A stretch of DNA of 56,669 nucleotides, filler included, from Sphacelaria rigidula (GCA_964200075.2; 7 parts of 7 records of this genome joined end to end with filler, not necessarily neighbours in it), one strand, 5' to 3'. Shown: positions 12,160 to 24,330, numbered from the whole stretch's first letter. The notes: generated by a model not told the origin, from the sequence alone. Program-made: numbers and translations.

Positions 12160-14601
12160 CGGAACTGTTGCGAGGCGACGCTTGCTGCCTAAGGGTTGAC
12201 CAGGTCAGGCTATAGATCAATTTAACATTGACTACAGATTACTCCAGACATCCAGCGTCGAATTCATGTTTCAGCTTTTTTTTGTAGAGATTGGGGGGGG
12301 AGGGACTATTCTGTTCCCAGATAACGTCGAGAACATTTTCAGAAATTCTCCCCGATAAAAACGATCCCACTATTAACCGGGATATAGTTAACCGTAAGAC
12401 CGCAAGGGTAGTCCATCTGAACCACGCATACATTTTTCAAGTGAAGTTGATGCCGATTCGACAGATGAACTACTCTTGTCTAAGGGTAAATAAATGTACT
12501 GTACTGCATGAGCATAAGCTTGCGCCACCTGCACACACACATTTCCATCGGAAAGTACACTGTGTTTTCCTCAAAACGGTCAAGCATCGGAACCAGAAAG
12601 GAGGAGCGTACGAGCTTCGTGCGCACCAGAGACTGAAGCCAGGCGATCTTCTGTTCCATAACGTCCGGGTCGATGTTATCATAAACGTCTTGCTCCTCAT
12701 CCGACAACATTTGCATTTTCGTAAGCTTGCCTTCAGCTTCCCTATGCCTGTGAGGGGACATGGGAAACATCGTGAAGAACGGCAAAAAATATATATGACT
12801 ATACGAAATGGAGGGCGTGAAGGATTGTGAATTGACTTGAGAAACTGAATAATTTTCCCGAGACATACCTGGATCATGACAATGGACTACACAATCTGGA
12901 TAATGACAATATATTACATTGTCAAAAGTGTACTGCGTACATTATGGAATTGATTGTCTATCGCAATGGACGCAACAGTCGATGTTGCATGCAGTTCACT
13001 TGTCCAGGGTGTGATATCTCCCGCTTGATGCTGCCCGTAAAATCCACAAGAAATTGAGTGCCGCCCGGATGTAGCCATTTCGGAACAGTTTACATACATT
13101 TTTTCTATGTACAAAAGTAATAACCTTGATTCATCAAACTCTGGATGACGTTTAGCAACTCCCACAGAGACAGCCATGGTTGCCTGAAGCGGCAACACAC
13201 AGAGTTTCATGAGGGTACGACAGACGGGAACGGTTCCAACTCAACTCGAATCACCTCACCTGAGCATGACAATACATACTGTATAAGGCATTCGAGTCCA
13301 GCTTACCCTAGATACTCTACACTCAAATAATCAAGGTCTTGTTTTCTAAACTCGAGACACTTCGGCCATAACATAGGAGTAAGACCCGGCAAACTTTATC
13401 CAAGTGATTAAGTCCACCCATACTGAATCCAAGTGATTTAGCATTTGCAATAGTGTGCTTAAGTGATTAACACTACGCACACGCAGTATTTATTAGTACA
13501 CGCAGAGGATAACGGCTACAAAACGTTGTTGGTGGAGTGGTCGGGTTTTACCGTACATCACGCTGCCCGAACGCACCAGACCCCGTGGCCTATTACAACA
13601 GTGGAACACGGTCCGTGCACATATGAATCCTGGATAATGACCAAAACCATCACACGTCACCTGGCAACAAAGGAGTTGAGATGCCCTGAAAGTCGCTTTT
13701 TTTGGTTCCAGGAGCATACCTGTTCACAGAAATGATGACAAATATAAAACATACACGAAGAATCCTGTAAACATGATCATCACGATCATCACGATCATCA
13801 TCATCATCACCGTCCACGTGAACACACTGACAAGCAGCACTGTTTTAATTTTCAGAATGGGCGCCACGTGCATGTGCGTTTGGTAATTTACTTTTCACTA
13901 TTGTACGCGATACATTTTTTTACTATGTAATCTATTGTCCAGGGTGTGATATTTTCGTGCATCCATAACCCATTTCCCAACCAACCATTGTACCGTCTGA
14001 AGACTACACAAGGCGGCACTGACATCACAGTATCTCTTGCGACCTTCCGAAGGTCAAGACCCAGGCCCTGTACCTTTCTTTCCAACCACCCAGTCTACAT
14101 GCCAGCAGTGCATAAATATATTTACGTATCTACATTTAGATTTATTTTATTTTCTTCGAGTACATACTGTACCGAACCCTGTGATCAGTGATTCACCACC
14201 TCTGTATGGCCCGAACCGCTTACTAACAAATAACCCCAAGCATGTCAACCCGAACCGTCATCCCGAACCTTTCAACCCCGAGACCGTCCTCCTCCAATCT
14301 CCCATCCGGGCTGTGGTCATATTCCTCACTTGGGGTATCCAGTCACGCACCCCCCCCTTCACTCCGTCCCACCTATACTCCGAGCTCCGCCCTGCAAAAC
14401 TTATCCACTCCAAGTCCACGTCGCATCCCTACACGCGAAGTACCCCTTACACCGAGTGAAAACCCACAACGTACACACACCCTTCGTCCCGCGTGAGACA
14501 AGCTACGCCCGCTCACCACAGGCCTGCCTGACTTAACTTGTATACCCTCTTGCATTTCAAGTGGGTCGGAGGTGCAAAACAACGAACCGTGTACAACATT
14601 T

Positions 14602-14824
14602 CACGGTTCGGACGAATCATCACCGGTTCAAATCTCCGAATTCATGATTGCTCGAAAGAGGGAAAAATCTTGGCAGCTGGTCCAAAAGGTCTCCGCGCAA
14701 ATTTTGCGTCATTCCACGTGCCTGGGCAGCGCGTACAAAGCCTAGGAATTGATGCGTTCGGTACGAATCAATTACACTAAAATCAAGTGATTTCCAGACG
14801 AATCGTCAATTCGACTGACCCTTG
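14602..14824 (+). mobile_element. MITE family A copy
   Basis: CACGGTTCGGACGAATC ... AATTCGACTGACCCTTG; near-perfect 8-bp TSD CAACATTT/CCACATTT. Confidence 0.85.
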
Positions 14825-15649
14825 CCACATTTTGCCATTGCGTCAAAAACCCATGGAAAAGGTAGACGACAGCACACGCAAGGTACCGAGGGTGTGTTGG
14901 GTAGGGATTCTGCTACACTTGGGTATTCTGAAAAACCGAACTCTAAACCACCGGAAACTTGAGTCCAGTATTGAGGTCGTACTCGACACTACCCAGATAT
15001 AGAGTAATGCGACATTACCAACCTTCACCCAATAATTGGGTAAAGTTTGGAAATGGGACCATCGCAACACAGAAAAAAAGTCGGGAGAGTAAATACCCGG
15101 GTATTCATCATACCCAATACACCTTTGCGAGGTACGTAGAGCGTGTCTCTTGGAATCGGGTTTTGTACCTTTTCTTGCACCATTTCCTGAAACGTGTCGA
15201 AGGTACAAACGGCTGCCATGTACTCTGGAGTGGAGAGTTTGGAAGATCTTGCCCGCCCTTTGCTAGCGTCTCCCGCTTCAGGTTCCACCAACTCTATATG
15301 CGGGAAAACCTATAAAACCGTGTCGACGCAAGTTTGCGGCGGTGGGACAACGTCAAAACTCGACCACTTGGCATTCTTGTGACCACGGTTGGATTCGTAG
15401 GGGATGAATGCTACAACCAACCGACCAAGCAATCACCAATCAAGCAAGCGAGCGAGCAATCAATCAAACACGAGCAGTTGATGACAATAAAATGCAAGCA
15501 AGCAATCACAATCAATCACAAAAAAATGATCATAATCAATCAATCACTTCAAATAATATATCCAAAAAGTCGCAGGGAGCGAGGTGTGGCATATCCGTTC
15601 AATTCAGGTAACACACGCAATTTTTCTCCCAAACCCAGATTGGGGGCGC

Positions 15650-16085
15650 GCGGAGGGAGGGGCATACTCATTTATTGCTCACCATAGTCAATTGACCATT
15701 GGCCACACATCCCTTTCAAGACGGGGGTGGGGAGGGGGGGGTGTACTCATGATCATGCATTGCCATAGTCATGAGACTGTCAACCTCGCATCCATACAAA
15801 GCCGGGACGGAGCACGCCGAGTTTTTGCCGGACCAGGCTTGCAATCAATCACCGAACGCAAAGCGCCGCGGTGTGTTCGGCGAGTCGCATGAAGGGTGAG
15901 CTGCATCCTGTTAAGATTGTTCGGCCTGAAGCCTGCTGATCATCTTGCATTTGGATGACAGCCTCCAATGAGTTGCTTCATTTTCTGGTACTGTCACTTC
16001 CAGAGATAGCCACGACATTTACACTGCCTCTCATGGGTGTCTCGAGACGGGGGGGAGGTGATGGGGGGGGGGGGGGGGGGGGAGC
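15650..16085 (+). repeat. Longest copy of dispersed family G
   Basis: Homologous to 1-140 (-), 4345-4420 (+), 31590-31980 (-), 39505-39735 (+). Confidence 0.8.
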
Positions 16086-16120
16086 TCAGTTTGTGTTGGT
16101 CTTGGTGGTGTGAGCATGGA

Positions 16121-16220
16121 NNNNNNNNNNNNNNNNNNNNNNNNNNNNNNNNNNNNNNNNNNNNTTAATTAATTAANNNNNNNNNNNNNNNNNNNNNNNN
16201 NNNNNNNNNNNNNNNNNNNN
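16121..16220. other. Artificial contig linker
   Basis: N-run with TTAATTAATTAA. Confidence 0.98.
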
Positions 16221-16727
16221 TCGAGAGACTGGCATCATCGATGTTACCAGCATGTACCCAATTTCCCATGTTGTGCCTAAAGGCCGAGCTGTGGAGAAAA
16301 TTCGTCTCTTCGTCTTGCCTGAGTTCCTCAATGATGCGAAGATCAATTTCTCTCTGGCTCTCTTTCTGGACAGCACGCGCCTCTGTGCGCTGAAAAACAT
16401 GTCCTTGAAAAACAGGGCAATAATCCTGTCACCGCTACTGCTGTTCTCTGTCACACACATGCCCCCAAGGACGGTGCTACGGCAAAACCAGATAGATCCA
16501 ATATGAACTTAGGGGGTGTTATTCATCGTCGATTGTCCACCACCCCCAACCGGGCGCTTGACCACACGCCAGTTGGGGGGAGTGCACGAGAGATCAAACA
16601 CTTGTGAAGATATTCTTGACGTGCAGAGTAAAAAACGATACCTATGGTGGTGACCTAACTGTTGTTAGCATTGTGCAGAGGGGTGCGTCAGCTGCGATCT
16701 GGAGCTTTCGTTGATCTACTCAACTGA

Positions 16728-17360
16728 CTGCCTCCCGTCTGCACAGTAGAGCGTCTGCCTATAGAGGTCACAGTGGGTAGTGTAACATGTCAACAAATAC
16801 CCAAATTCGGAACACCTTTGGGAAGAGTTCGTTTTTTCAAAGTACGTCGACATGGTTGAAATGACTCCACTTACCCGTGGGAAAGTGTCCGCTTTGGGTC
16901 CGTTCAAACGTTCGAAGATAATGCGAACAGCACTTTGAATCTTTCCTGGCATTGGAATCTGCCAATCAGTACAGTACCATCACAACTCGACAATTTAACG
17001 TTCTAATTAGAAACCAACGGGCATCAAACTATTTGCAGGTAAGAAGACGGGCATTTTCATAGACGAGAAACCCTGTGTTCCCCCGTGGGGGTTACATCCG
17101 GTCTGAAAACCTATGCTGTCCTTTGAAACTTGGCGGGCGGACGGGGTAGCCGCAGTGCTGTTCGCCACTATCTTCGAACGATTGAACGGATCCAAAGCAA
17201 ACACTTTCCCTCGGGTAAGGAGAGTCATTCCAACCATGTCGAGGTACTATGAAAAAACGAACTCTTTCGTTTCCAAAGGTGTTCCAAATTTGGGTACATA
17301 ATAACATGTTACACTACCCAGTGTCACCTCTTTAGGCTGACGCTCCGCAGACGGCAGGAG
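16728..17360. mobile_element. Foldback/long-TIR element (~200-bp inverted arms)
   Basis: ~16730-16935 is the imperfect reverse complement of ~17153-17360, around a ~220-bp spacer; TSD not identified. Confidence 0.75.
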
Positions 17361-18504
17361 ATATGAATCGGTACAAGCAAGGTTTGGTGCTGTACTAGAC
17401 CGTACCATAACCTGCGGGACAGCACCACACCGTGCAGGAACATGTGGTGCCGTATTGCATATACGCGGTATACGCTTCGTATTGCCTCAGTTTTCATGCA
17501 TACAAGTTTGGCTCGGGGGAGTTATATGCTGTGAGCTGCGATATACGCGTTGCTTACAGCGCGAGCTAGGGTGTGCGTTTGTGCGTGTTTCGTACAGTAG
17601 AATGAAAGAGAGGCATGCAACGTGCAGTACAGACAGCATAGGACTCTCTGCACTCCTTCCTTACAATGTGACGTGGAAAGGACTTGAACAACGCACGGCT
17701 CAGTAATGCCTGCACTGTCCATGCCCGTGCGGCACCAGCGGGTGGGAATGGCGGTGGCGGCGAAGGCCTGGGCTTCACCGCGTGAATCAGCGGCTGCGGG
17801 ATGCCGGCGGGTCGGCGAAGGTATTATTTTCATTACCTCCCCTTTCGGCGAACGGCATCGACACTGATTGCAGAAGCTGCATACGCGGAATAGCTCGCTC
17901 AAAAAATACATCGCTTGGCGAGGAAGCGGACTGGATACTAACAACTGAGGGGTGAAGTATGATGCTTGTACCGGAACCAGGCTGGAAGGAGACACCGAGG
18001 GGAAAAGACATAACGCCTTTGGCGGAGATATGCCGTGTGCCAACACTGGGGGGACAGAATGAATAATCTTTCCCCACTCGGGGGTTCCATAAACATTTCG
18101 ACTTCTTTTGTACGTGAACATGACGCTACAGTAGCCGTAAACACATCATGCGCCGGTGAAGACATTAAGTTGTGGGTGAATTAACTCGGCTGCTGAGGGA
18201 AAGAAACTCCATAGTGGAAGAAAAAACAATTACGCCTGTAGCTGAACGAGACTCTACGGGAGTAGGGGAACAACCACTCAAGCGAGCATGTTTTCGGTTA
18301 TGGAGGTTTTTGCTTAACACGTATTAGAAGCACAAAGTACTGACCCATATAATGACAAATCAGGAACTCAATATGCAACTCGTCGCACTTCTGAGCACGA
18401 AATCGTGAGTTTTATTCCATCCACCGTAATTTCTCAATCGTTTTTTCTGTCAGTACCATGCCCATGCTGTATGGAGTATATTGTATGTGCGCCATAAGGA
18501 ATCA

Positions 18505-18745
18505 TCCTACGATAGGGGGGGGGGGTATTTGGTTGCACGAAAAAAAGGCTTATAAGTGTGTCAGACGACCTACCACACTTGCGGTGCGCTTGTATTTGGT
18601 TCGAAACGATGTCAATCGGCATGAATAAGAGTCACGTCTCTATAACAAGCTCATTCGAGCAACCGTTGCTGCTTTTAACGACGATTTGACCTGGAATTTC
18701 GTGCAACAAATGGCCCAAAATAACCCCCCCCCCCCTATCGTAGGA
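18505..18745. mobile_element. MITE with TCCTACGATAG(G)n TIRs
   Basis: TCCTACGATAGGGGG ... CCCCCTATCGTAGGA; its left part recurs at 32252-32340. Confidence 0.7.
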
Positions 18746-19606
18746 AGACTCTGAGGCTGTACAGCATAATAACAACAATGAACAGTACTTGGAGTGACGA
18801 AACCCCGTGAAGCGTACTGTGCGGCGCGAAAAATCCATACAGCCAAATCCCCGCGACAAACACTGCAGTGTCCCTGAAACCCTGTGAAGCGTACTGTGTG
18901 GTGGAAGAAAACACCCTACAGCTAAACCCCCGCGAAAAACACTGCTCAGTTTCCCTGAACCGTGTAGACGTGCCCCGCAGGGTGCTATCTGTCCACGTGT
19001 GCAGTTAGTCCCAGGTGAAATCTCAGTTTGAGACTACCTACCGCATTTACTGGGAGTACAGTACCACCACCTAGTATTACACTCATTACCGCAAGAGGGG
19101 GCTCGCATGTCAGACACGTTATCCATACTCCCTGTCGTATAGTAGGAAGCACCAGTATCAGTAGTCCATTCCTCCCTACCATCACTCTTCGTTGATACAC
19201 TACCACTATGCAACGTAGCGTATCCCTGCAAACGATATCCCCAAGCCGAAAACGCGACTCGCCTTGCGGAATGGAGTTTGCCACGCACAGTTGCGGATGC
19301 TCCGATGTAGGAGCATCGGCAGGTGGAGATGCACTGGCCAGGGGGGCTGAAGGCTCATGATGCTGTTCATGTGGGTCGTGGTAATACGACACTGGTGCTG
19401 GAGATGGGTGCATTGCTATCTGGTACGGGATGGGATGTGCTGGTAGTGAATGCAGCCTGGTTATGGAGGTCGGTGGGCGTCTTGAGAAGGATATCGTGTG
19501 TGCTGAGGGTGTCGAGTGCTTTGGTGGTGTTTGGGATAGGTTGATGTGTAGTGTGCACTAGGCGGTTGGTATGTGTGTCGTGAGTGCTGTGCTTGGTGTG
19601 ATCGGA

Positions 19607-19951
19607 TTTAATGCGTGAGAGGACCGCGTGCTTAGAGGACTGCGTGCTTACACGGGTGGCAACTGAGATGCCTGCAACCTCAAATTTGGACGTTACAGAC
19701 CTTGTGCAAGATCTGTAACGTCCAAATGTGAGGTTGCAGGCACCCCAGTGGCCACCCGTGTAGAGGACCGCGCCGTAGATCAAAACACCTCAGGATCGAC
19801 GTTTTTCAAAACCAATCGGGCTAGTCTATGCAGATACCAGGCCCCTGACCCTGACCCTAGCCCCAACACTAACCCTGACCCTAACCCTAACCATAGGGAT
19901 GTTCAAATTCTGATGCCGTCCTCTAAGCACGCGGTCCTCTCACGCATTACA
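19607..19951. mobile_element. TGT...ACA (Ginger-like) MITE with CCCTAA-like tract
   Basis: Perfect 32-bp TIR TAATGCGTGAGAGGACCGCGTGCTTAGAGGAC (19609 and 19949); flanks CGGA/CGGG; a shorter relative lies at 23908-24024. Confidence 0.8.
19651..19760. mobile_element. 110-bp hairpin MITE (Tc1/mariner-like, TA TSD)
   Basis: 54-bp arms with 5 mismatches and a 2-nt loop; TA on both sides; removal restores GTGCTTAGAGGACC. Confidence 0.85.
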
Positions 19952-21629
19952 CGGGGACGGGGACATCAGAGACCTCGGATATGTCGCTGGATGGCTTTGC
20001 ACGCAGTGATCGTAACCTGTACCGTCGACACCATTCCCATCTAATGGGGTGAAGCCGTCATCGGTGGCGGGATCCTCATATTACTTTGTACAAAGTTGGC
20101 ATGAGGGTAAGGGCTTTTGGATAAGTAATAACAAGAGGAGGGGTTTCCCCGTAATGTGTAGCACGCTATTCCGGGCGTCTGAAATCTTGATTGCATCGTC
20201 GGCGGGCGATCAACATTTTTTCGCCCGTCACCTCGTGCACGGGAATCATACCCCCTTTCATAGCATTCATTACCTTGGCATGAATGGCACGATGGAGAAT
20301 GGTAGGATGGGTCGGTGGAGGGGTTTCGGTTTCGACGTGGTGGAGAAGGAGTTGGATGGAGTTTCGGAGAATGGTTTTGATGAGATGGAGCGCGGTACCG
20401 GCGTGGGGGTGAAGAAGCAGTGGGTTGTTGGTTTGAGGTGTGATGCCCACTACAATCTGGGCAGCATTCTCAGCATCGACGCGTTGAGTGATGGTGTGTT
20501 CGAGGTGTGTATTTGTCCTTCATGTTTCATGGATCGGAATCGTGGTTGTAGGGGTGGTGACCGTTGCAGCATACATCAGGGTTGCTTCGCCTTTTGCCCC
20601 CTTCCCCCACTGTTCCGTCATCCCACCAATGCGTCACCGTGGGAAACACTTTGAGTTGCGGCGGCAAGGGCACGATTTTCTGGTGGACCTACCCTGCTTC
20701 TCGATGAATACAATTCGGCGTGCGCAGTTTTGATGGTACGTTCTAGCGTCGCAGTGTCTATTTCAGGCATTGAAAGCAACATGCCTCTTGTAGAATGTCA
20801 AAACCCGATGACAGGTTGATTGACTCGATTTTATTTCATTTTTATTTGCCTACTTTCATTTGTCGCACTTCTACTGACCACCCATGGGTCCAGCCATGGT
20901 CGCATGATAGACGTACCCAAGAAAAGCAAAACTGAAACACTCGCAGACGACGGACACAATGCCTGTTGGCTTCAGCCTCAGGAGTCACAACACCATATTG
21001 CTCTCTTTTGTGTCTCATCAGGTTCGCCCTGCTCGAAAACCCTGGGGGCGACTCACCCAACCCTATCTCAAGATATGTCCATTCTTGTTGTAGGTGAGGT
21101 TTCTGTGCAATCGGGGAGACACTGAAATACTGAATAAAACAATCACACGACTTGCTTGCGGATCCCGGAATCGCGAGATACACCACTATCTGAGGAGCTG
21201 TGACCTTGTCGATGATGATGACCCAAGCTTGTTGAGCCTTATCTACTATGACATATTATCCAGTCTGTCCTCTGAACTCCTATTCGGATTCGTGAAAACT
21301 CGAATTAGTATCTGTGAGAACCGTGAGTCGAAACACTTCGCTTGCCGGAAATACGCGTACATTTGAATGTGGAATACGCTGAACTTAGATTCAAGGGTTT
21401 CCCCTACCTTTACCTACCCGTTCGAGGGAGCAATACTGGTATGATTAGGTACTCTCACAATATGTTTGTCGGCTCTCTGTCCGTCCATGCGTTGGTTATA
21501 CCTCTCGGCATTGCTGAACGCCATATCGGCAACTAATGACCGAACAGTCGTCGAGAAGATTGCGTAACGACCGATACCGCTGTCATTACGAGACCCACGA
21601 AGCCCAAGTGGAAGTGAGGAGGCTCTGCG

Positions 21630-22535
21630 ACCACCTCACTTCAAAGCGACGGGTCCGGGTGGGCCACCTCCTGAAATCTTGAGCTTGAACGGGATGGGGA
21701 GGCGTCGGAGATGATATACCATTTTCACAGCAGCGTCTCTGCAGTTTGAACATTTGGCAGGCTGCCTCAGGAAAGGAAATACGTCACCACCAAGGTGCTG
21801 CACAAAAAAAAAGGAGCCGACTGTGGTAACTACGGAAATATTCCACTTGTAGCAAATGCTGCTCAAGTGTTCCTCAAAACCGTAGCCAACGGGTTATGTA
21901 ATTTTCTGGGAGGAAACATATGTCTTCCTGGAAGAGCAATGCGGAGTTGGGCGCCAACGATCGACCACAGACATAATGTTTGTATTACATCCTGGACGAT
22001 GGATTCCATTGCCGAAACCTGCACTAGGTACAGTGTACAGTCTATTGTCTATCGCGATATACGCAATAGGCGACACTGTACGCAGTACACGTTTTGACAC
22101 TTCAACTATTGTCCGGGGTGTGTTGTATTACGCCGACTTCAGGAGTTGGGTTGGACGAGCAACGTCCTACTACACAGGTACTTTCTCGATCTGCAGAAAG
22201 CCTGCGATTCCGTAGACCGCACGCTCCTGTGGGAAGTGCTTGCTCCATTCGGAATCCCGCCGCGAAAGATAACAATCATCCGTATGTTCCACGACGGCAC
22301 GCGATCTCGTGTACATCTAAATTGTGGTGAACTATCAGCGTGGTTCCACCTTTGCCAGGGATTCAGACGGGGTTACGTTTGGAACCTTGATCGATGTGAT
22401 CGCCAATCGGTTCGTGGCGGACACAGTCATCGCCTTGGTTTTTCTAGATGATGCACCAGGAGGTGACGACGGTGGACCCCTGGAAGAGCCGTCGCTGGAA
22501 ATAGTGCGACGCGCGGTGTGGACAAAAGTGCGACG
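21630..22535 (+). pseudogene. RTE-clade LINE reverse transcriptase relic
   Basis: KATGPGG..., LHKKKGADCGNYGNIPLV, LPEEQCG...RSTTDIMFVL|RRLQELG, FLDLQKACDSVDRTLLWEVL, IRMFHDG, CQGFRRG; frameshifted. Confidence 0.9.
21988..22122. mobile_element. MITE family C inserted in the LINE RT
   Basis: 8-bp TSD TTGTATTA; right end reads CACACCCCGGACAATAG on the minus strand; excision restores MFVLRRLQELG in frame. Confidence 0.85.
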
Positions 22536-23369
22536 CTGATGTGAACATTCGTGTTCAGACACCTGCGGTGTTCACTCCTGAGACAAGGTCAGCATGAAGC
22601 TGCCTGCGCGAACCTCTGCAGTCACCTGCCAAGAGGAGTACCACGGTTCCCACGACTACCATATTACTCAACACATTACAGTGTCAAACTGACGCCAAAA
22701 ACATAACACGAAAGGGAGAAAGAGCGGATACCTTGAGGGGAAAGTAATACACAGAACTCAAGGACAAGCAAGAGAGGCTCTATTTTGCATCCATCATGCC
22801 AATATATAATATATGTAAATGTAGCACATATTTGCTGCCGCCCGCAATACTTGCACGGTGTGCAGCAGGTATTTTATCCCACCACGCTGAACCTTCACTC
22901 TTCACTCCTACTTGTGGTACCGTTGTGCGTATTCGAATGTTCACCCCTGGAGGCTTGGAGTGTACTCTTGTGCCGTGGACTGGCATAGGCTTTCTCTACC
23001 CTCCTCTCATGCCTCTACTCTCACCTCATGTGTTTGCCCATTCATTTGTCTGCTTACTCATGCCGGGCGAATTATATCGCAGATTGGTGTTCATTGTCTC
23101 TCCGTGTTGCTGCGGTGTCGGTCAGTTGCATCTTCTGTTGAATACCACCCGTAAAATTTACCGTTATTGACGCCGAAGATGCGTGATATTCGTTGCGTTC
23201 AGCTAGTTTCGATACCCGCCCTCGCCACACTCTTCCTTGTTGTTGTTTTCTTCGTTTCGCTCTGACGGTCGTGGTCGACGTGGTCGTCGTCACCATCGCC
23301 TTCGTTTTGGCTGTCGCTCGGTCGATGTGGTCGACCACCGAACGACGACGGCGATGACGACGACGACAG

Positions 23370-23475
23370 GTATTTCGTGGTTCAAGCTGGTGGTCGCAAC
23401 TGCCTTCATCCCCATCGGGCTTATTTTCATCATCTTGTTGTTCCGCGCCCGGAATGCCTTCGAGATTCGCGCAAG
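23370..23475 (+). CDS. Isolated exon encoding a transmembrane helix (possible 7TM protein TM1)
   Basis: gacag|GT...GCAAG|gttcgt; ISWFKLVVATAFIPIGLIFIILLFRARNAFEIRAR. Confidence 0.45.
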
Positions 23476-23907
23476 GTTCGTGTTCTTGATGTTTATCTTG
23501 CTTTTGTACCCGATACGCCAGGCCGTGCCGCAACCGCAACAGGCTAGTCAACACAGAGGGTGTGGATTACGTCTAGGTACGGTTGCCCTGCTGCTCACCC
23601 ACATGTAGTACAGTGCTGGAAATACACGTGATACTCAGAAGGACGGAAGTGCCCCAACGCGCAATAGACTCTGGCCGCATCGAATGGTTCCTCATGTAAC
23701 TTAAGTCCTGTCGAGTGGTTTAAGATATTGGCACCTTTATTAGCGCCTCTATCATGAGCGACAATGTGAGCTTCCAATACCGCCTCTCGTTCTTTGCGAT
23801 CATTTCCTGGCGATCGGCAGAGGTTTTCTTTTCTGTGTGGCATTTCGCGCTCGCTCATACTGCGGATGATGACTCCAAGATCCATCGCCTCGAAAAATGT
23901 GCGATCC

Positions 23908-24024
23908 TGTAATGCGTGAGAGGACCGCGTGCTTAGAGGACCGCATCGGAATTTGAACATCGATCCTGCGGTGTTTTGAACTAAGGCGCGGTCCTCTGAG
24001 CCCGCGATCCTCCCGCGCATTACA
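23908..24024. mobile_element. Short TGT...ACA MITE related to 19607-19951
   Basis: TGTAATGCGTGAGAGGACCGCG ... CGCGCATTACA. Confidence 0.75.
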
Positions 24025-24163
24025 GACACTACCTTGCTGTTCAATGGCAGTCCATCCACTGCTTGGGAATGAAGACTCTTGACCAGGACAGTGCGCTGCT
24101 GCTGATAAGTTCGTTATACTCCGCCACAGTTGAGCGAAAATCAGCCATGTTTGGACAGTCACC

Positions 24164-24230
24164 GAGTGATGCTACGGTAGGGGTACAGAAATAATTTCTG
24201 AGGTTAGAATTGTTAGGAGCCCCTTCTCTC
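24164..24230 (+). mobile_element. Left end of the Sola2-like MITE at the contig break
   Basis: GAGTGATGCTACGGTAGGG...TTAGGAGCCCC matches 2055-2114. Confidence 0.75.
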
Positions 24231-24330
24231 NNNNNNNNNNNNNNNNNNNNNNNNNNNNNNNNNNNNNNNNNNNNTTAATTAATTAANNNNNNNNNNNNNN
24301 NNNNNNNNNNNNNNNNNNNNNNNNNNNNNN
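24231..24330. other. Artificial contig linker
   Basis: N-run with TTAATTAATTAA. Confidence 0.98.

Larger units (their letters stand above)
19010..20800 (-). pseudogene. Degenerate Ty1/Copia gag-protease
   Basis: Protease motif EWTTDTGASYYTTGSMDNVSDM plus frameshifted VILGGGTVLPVNAVGSLKLRFH; upstream gag-like MLLSMPEIDTATLERTIKTAHAEL...RALAAA; interrupted by MITEs. Confidence 0.7.

Noticed and set aside
12239-14085. Spliced gene or transposase on the minus strand (e.g. HREAEGKLTKMQ...LVRTKL exon-like piece)
   Set aside because: Some splice-like signals, but I could not build a phase-consistent chain or recognise a domain.
16221-16476. Minus-strand exon (DRIIALFFKDMFF...)
   Set aside because: Open frame with a plausible acceptor, but truncated by the contig end and with no recognisable homology.
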